A stretch of 38,299 nucleotides of DNA from a virus (Duplodnaviria; Caudoviricetes), in IMG/VR virus record IMGVR_UViG_3300043707_000018, positions 1 through 38,299 of that record, one strand, 5' to 3'. Of this stretch, positions 34,940 to 38,299 are shown one piece after another. The position numbers and the translations under genes are program-made. Position 1 is the first letter of the stretch, and the number at the start of each line of letters is the position of its first letter. The notes beneath the pieces are model-generated. The model made no database searches. It was not told where the DNA came from and saw nothing but the letters and a program-made list of their open reading frames with translations.

Positions 34940-35626
34940 ATGTTTATCACTCCAGAAGAGGCACGTGCAAGATTCGCTAGCCCCGACAATCTCGCCAACT
35001 GTTTTGACATCAACAAAGCTAAGAAAGCTCGTGAGGAGAGATTAAATGCCGAGAATGCTCAAAGCGGGATACCAGAAACCCAAGACGCGGCGCCGATCAG
35101 CGGGTTTGAAGAGCCGGAATCCAAAGGTTTCGAGTCATTACCAGCCGGAACTGAATCTGTCGGCGGGATCGGCGACCGGATCTCACACGAGCGGCTTAGG
35201 ACTCCGGGAAACCGCCGACCGTGGCTTTCTGCAACGGAGCGAACTGAAATCGCCATCTCTGCCAAGACGAGTGGAATCGACGGACCAAGAAAGACGCAAG
35301 AAGAAATCGCGCAAGAGCACGGGATATCCCGTATAGCTGTTGCTAAGATCAAGGCTGGCAATGGTCTTGTTGATGAGATAGCCGTTGAGGAGGCTCTTGA
35401 GCGCGCGAGGAATAAAGCTTTAGATCGTTTAATGACCTCACTAGGCTTTCTTTCCGACGACAAGATCTCTGCCTTAGACGCTAAAGGTATCTCACACGTA
35501 GCGGCGAATATGGCTAGGGTTGTGGAGAAAACTATGCCCAAGCAAGAGGTCCAACAACCCGTTCAAATCGTTATTTATTCTCCTGAGCCTAAACAGGAAA
35601 AGAGTTTCGATGTGGTTGAAATCTAA
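34940..35626 (+). CDS. terS: probable terminase small subunit (HTH)
   Basis: TQEEIAQEHGISRIAVAKIK helix-turn-helix, helical oligomerisation region and C-terminal VQIVIY strand; directly upstream of TerL. Confidence 0.6.
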   Translation: MFITPEEARARFASPDNLANCFDINKAKKAREERLNAENAQSGIPETQDAAPISGFEEPESKGFESLPAGTESVGGIGDRISHERLRTPGNRRPWLSATERTEIAISAKTSGIDGPRKTQEEIAQEHGISRIAVAKIKAGNGLVDEIAVEEALERARNKALDRLMTSLGFLSDDKISALDAKGISHVAANMARVVEKTMPKQEVQQPVQIVIYSPEPKQEKSFDVVEI

Positions 35627-35665
35627 AGGAAGGAGTCGCCTAGCGAATCTTTTTCTCCAGGGTCG

Positions 35666-35708
35666 GAGGAAAGCGGCGCGCCGAGGACATTAGATCGCCG
35701 CTTTCCTC
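35666..35708 (+). other. 13-bp-stem hairpin between terS and terL (attenuator or processing site)
   Basis: GAGGAAAGCGGCG...CGCCGCTTTCCTC; weak U-tract. Confidence 0.5.
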
Positions 35709-35769
35709 TTAAATCTTCACGGTATGAAGAATTAGACCAAGGCGATGATCCTCCAATCTCATCTCACCA

Positions 35770-37401
35770 ATGAGACCAACCATAGCTAATGTTGGGTCAC
35801 TCGTTAACCGTGAGTGGAAACCTCATAAGAGACAGGAGCAATTTGCATCGTTACCAGATACAATCTTCGAGGCTCTTTACGGAGGAGCCGCGGGTGGTGG
35901 AAAATCAGAATTACTTTTGATGCTCCCCATCATTCGTGGCTTCTATAAGGAGCCTCGATTCAAAGGGATAATATTTCGCCGCACCTTTCCTGAACTTGAG
36001 AGCGAGATCATCGTTCGCAGTCGTGATTGGTACTCCTTAGCCGGAGGGAAATACAACGAAGAAAAGAAGCGTTGGTCATTTCCCTCCGGTTCTTTAATTC
36101 AATTCGGGCACGTAGAGTATGAATCTGATGTAAGGAAATATGACACAGCCGAATATAATTACATGGCTTTCGACGAACTTACCTCCTTCACTCAGGGACA
36201 ATATATTTATCTCTCTCGAACCCGATGCCGCTCTTCTAGTTCTCGATTACCCTCAATCGTTCGAGCTGCTACAAATCCAGGAAATCTTGGGCATGCCTGG
36301 GTCAGAGATCATTTCATTACACCCGCTCCGAAGGGTACAATTGTCCTCGATAAGAAAACAGGCCTCAAAAGAATATTTATCCAATCCTTCGCTGAGGATA
36401 ATCCATATCTCATGTCGAATGACCCACAATACGTCAATCGACTTGAATCACTTCCAGAAGCTGAGAGACAAGCTAAGCGCTATGGCTCCTGGGACAGTTT
36501 TGAAGGACAAGTATTTTCTGATTACCGCGAGATCCCAGGGGAAAATGAGCCTGACCGCGCATGCCACATCTGTGCACCCTTCCACATACCGGATTGGTGG
36601 CTTAGGTTTGTCGCGATCGATTGGGGCTACAGCGCGATGACTTGCGTTCTTTGGGGCGCGCTTTCTCCTGAGGATCGACTATATATTTATCGTGAGTATA
36701 CGAAAAAAGAAGCAAAGACGTCAACTTGGGCGACCGAAGTTGGAAACCTCTCGATTGGTGAGAAATACACCGATGTTGTACTCTGCCAATCCGCATGGCA
36801 ACAGCGCGGCGATGAATCTACTCAACAAGAACAATTTACAAGATACTCTGGATTACTTGCACGGCAAGCTGACAACGACAGAATTGCTGGAAAGATGTTA
36901 CTTCAAGAGTACCTTAGATGGAGGGAAGCTCCCGCAAAGTCGCCCACGGCGCAGTACTACGATCATGAGGCGGCGTTAAGAATTTTGAGGAATCAGGGGA
37001 CTGATGCGTATAATAGCTACGTTGCATCCTTCCAAGAAAAACGTGAGGGAACGCCGCTCCCTAGATTACAAATCTTTCCCGACTGTAGAGAGCTCAGAAA
37101 ATGTATTCCTCTCTGCATCTATGAGAGGAAGTCAAATGTCACTGAGAAACCTGCTGAGGATGTTAGGGAATTCAACGGAGATGATCCTTATGACACTGTT
37201 AGATATCTTGTTCTCTCCGTTGATAGGTACTTGGGATCATTGAAGGATCAAGGTGAGGCTAGGAGAAGAGAGAACACTCTTATCGAGAATCTAAAGTTCA
37301 CCGGAGATTGGAATGCTTACTATCGTGGGATGGAGAGAATTGAACACATCCCAATGAACGTAGTTCCAATCCGCAAGTATAGGAGAACTGTTAATCGGTG
37401 A
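35770..37401 (+). CDS. terL: terminase large subunit
   Basis: YGGAAGGGKS Walker A, MAFDELT Walker B, AATNPG, AIDWGY nuclease motif, DDPYDTVRY. Confidence 0.95.
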   Translation: MRPTIANVGSLVNREWKPHKRQEQFASLPDTIFEALYGGAAGGGKSELLLMLPIIRGFYKEPRFKGIIFRRTFPELESEIIVRSRDWYSLAGGKYNEEKKRWSFPSGSLIQFGHVEYESDVRKYDTAEYNYMAFDELTSFTQGQYIYLSRTRCRSSSSRLPSIVRAATNPGNLGHAWVRDHFITPAPKGTIVLDKKTGLKRIFIQSFAEDNPYLMSNDPQYVNRLESLPEAERQAKRYGSWDSFEGQVFSDYREIPGENEPDRACHICAPFHIPDWWLRFVAIDWGYSAMTCVLWGALSPEDRLYIYREYTKKEAKTSTWATEVGNLSIGEKYTDVVLCQSAWQQRGDESTQQEQFTRYSGLLARQADNDRIAGKMLLQEYLRWREAPAKSPTAQYYDHEAALRILRNQGTDAYNSYVASFQEKREGTPLPRLQIFPDCRELRKCIPLCIYERKSNVTEKPAEDVREFNGDDPYDTVRYLVLSVDRYLGSLKDQGEARRRENTLIENLKFTGDWNAYYRGMERIEHIPMNVVPIRKYRRTVNR

Positions 37402-37709
37402 AAGATTGGCTCCACAAATGGCTCGGGTTTACTGCCAAAGTTGAATCTCTTGAGGCTCAACTGGAGGCTTGGAGATCGAGAGCTATAGCGGCTGAGGCTA
37501 ACGTTGAGCTACTAAGGGAGATGATGAAAGAGCGGCGCCCAACAGAGTTAGGCAGCTCAAGGGAACAAAAGGAAGCTCCTAGCTTTGAGCCAATAAGACC
37601 TCAGTTCGGATCTTGGCCGCGCATGAGAAGAAAGTTAGAGGAAATGGAAAGGGTTAAACCAAATGCCCAAGTTTCTCGAGGAGAAGTTGAAAAAACGATA
37701 CGGGGCTAA
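37398..37709 (+). CDS. hypothetical coiled-coil protein
   Basis: GTGA coupling to terL, AGGAG RBS. Confidence 0.7.
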   Translation: MKDWLHKWLGFTAKVESLEAQLEAWRSRAIAAEANVELLREMMKERRPTELGSSREQKEAPSFEPIRPQFGSWPRMRRKLEEMERVKPNAQVSRGEVEKTIRG

Positions 37710-37914
37710 GTCAGGAGTTCCGTATGCAATAATGAATAAGCTTGGGTTCATGCATGGATCTAAGGAGACTGCCAAGGGGCGCGCCGCGGAGAAGAAGCAC
37801 GCGAGTAAAGTTAAGATAAGAGGTCTTGGTGGAGAGGTTAAAAGACCAGCGACAAGATCAAGAAGGCAAGGACACTCCTTCGCGGAAAATATGAATCATA
37901 GGAGTAAGTACTAA
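37663..37914 (+). CDS. small highly basic protein, paralog 1
   Basis: K/R-rich; contains RGLGGE and SFAENMN. Confidence 0.7.
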   Translation: MPKFLEEKLKKRYGAKSGVPYAIMNKLGFMHGSKETAKGRAAEKKHASKVKIRGLGGEVKRPATRSRRQGHSFAENMNHRSKY

Positions 37915-38114
37915 TGCCAAGAAGGAAGATCACGACTCCCTTTCATAAAAGGACCGAAGAGCAACATGCTCGCATCGCAATGGCTCGTGGAAAGAGAAAA
38001 GGTTTCGCACGTGCGGCGCGTGCGTCTAGAAGTAGAGTGCGCGGATTAGGTGGTGAGAGATCCGTGCCTTCTGGCAAGCTCCGGTCAAGCTTTGCACGAG
38101 AAATGAATAAGTAA
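37914..38114 (+). CDS. small highly basic protein, paralog 2
   Basis: AGGAG RBS, TAATG coupling; contains RGLGGE and SFAREMN. Confidence 0.7.
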   Translation: MPRRKITTPFHKRTEEQHARIAMARGKRKGFARAARASRSRVRGLGGERSVPSGKLRSSFAREMNK

Positions 38115-38299
38115 GTGATTACCACTAAAGTCAGGATAAATTATCCGCCTGAGCAAGATCCCAATATCTTTGGGGGTTGGAAGCTAGGAGTGCGGCAAAT
38201 TCCTAACTGGCAACTGGATATTCGGGGGGATATTAATATCGTTGACATGGGAGAAGGATACACCTTCCGAATAAACGGTGTGCCTTATGGTGGAAGTGA
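38115..38299 (+). CDS. 3'-truncated fibre-like protein
   Basis: GTG directly after the upstream stop; MITTKV...KLGVRQIPNWQLDIRGDIN...TFRINGVP resembles the N-terminus of 13664..14248. Confidence 0.65.
   Translation, partial: MITTKVRINYPPEQDPNIFGGWKLGVRQIPNWQLDIRGDINIVDMGEGYTFRINGVPYGGS

Noticed and set aside
33386-35045. + strand ORFs at 33386-35045 and 34259..34459 (-)
   Set aside because: No convincing RBS or protein-like features; they overlap better-supported - strand micro-ORFs, hairpins and the late promoter.
912-37401. Stop-codon reassignment, introns or inteins in core genes
   Set aside because: Core genes are full length in the standard code, all three stops are used, and polA, terL and the helicase show no interruptions.
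38115-38299. Window ends joining into a complete circle
   Set aside because: Joining 38299 to 1 puts the fibre-like ORF out of frame with 1..408, and no terminal repeat is visible, so sequence is missing.

Overview
The window is most of a ~40 kb tailed-phage genome, probably a short-tailed podovirus type, cut inside the terminase-to-portal interval. The + strand late block (34940-38299, then 1-18641) runs: terminase small and large subunits, small basic proteins, fibre-like and DMFase-like proteins, portal, a PurD-like ATP-grasp ligase, scaffold, major capsid protein, adaptor/nozzle proteins and ejection proteins. The - strand early/replication block (18613-34100) encodes a DUF3987-like ATPase, a UDG-fused family A DNA polymerase, a ParB-methyltransferase fusion, an SSB/Sak4/PD-(D/E)XK recombination module, an SNF2 helicase, many small ORFs and one atypical tRNA-Tyr. 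The most unusual signals are non-coding: (i) a series of long - strand hairpins placed just before Shine-Dalgarno sites, three of which share a covarying G.G-mismatch/5-bp/GC-bulge motif; (ii) a ~163-nt structure whose closing stem would bring a distant SD next to the methyltransferase AUG; (iii) a symmetric origin-like region with inverted 11-bp-period repeats around a (TA)n core; (iv) a 15-bp element at the same distance upstream of two divergent promoters. No integrase, primase, endolysin or CRISPR array is recognisable. All protein calls come from motifs and gene order read by eye; no searches or folding programs were run.
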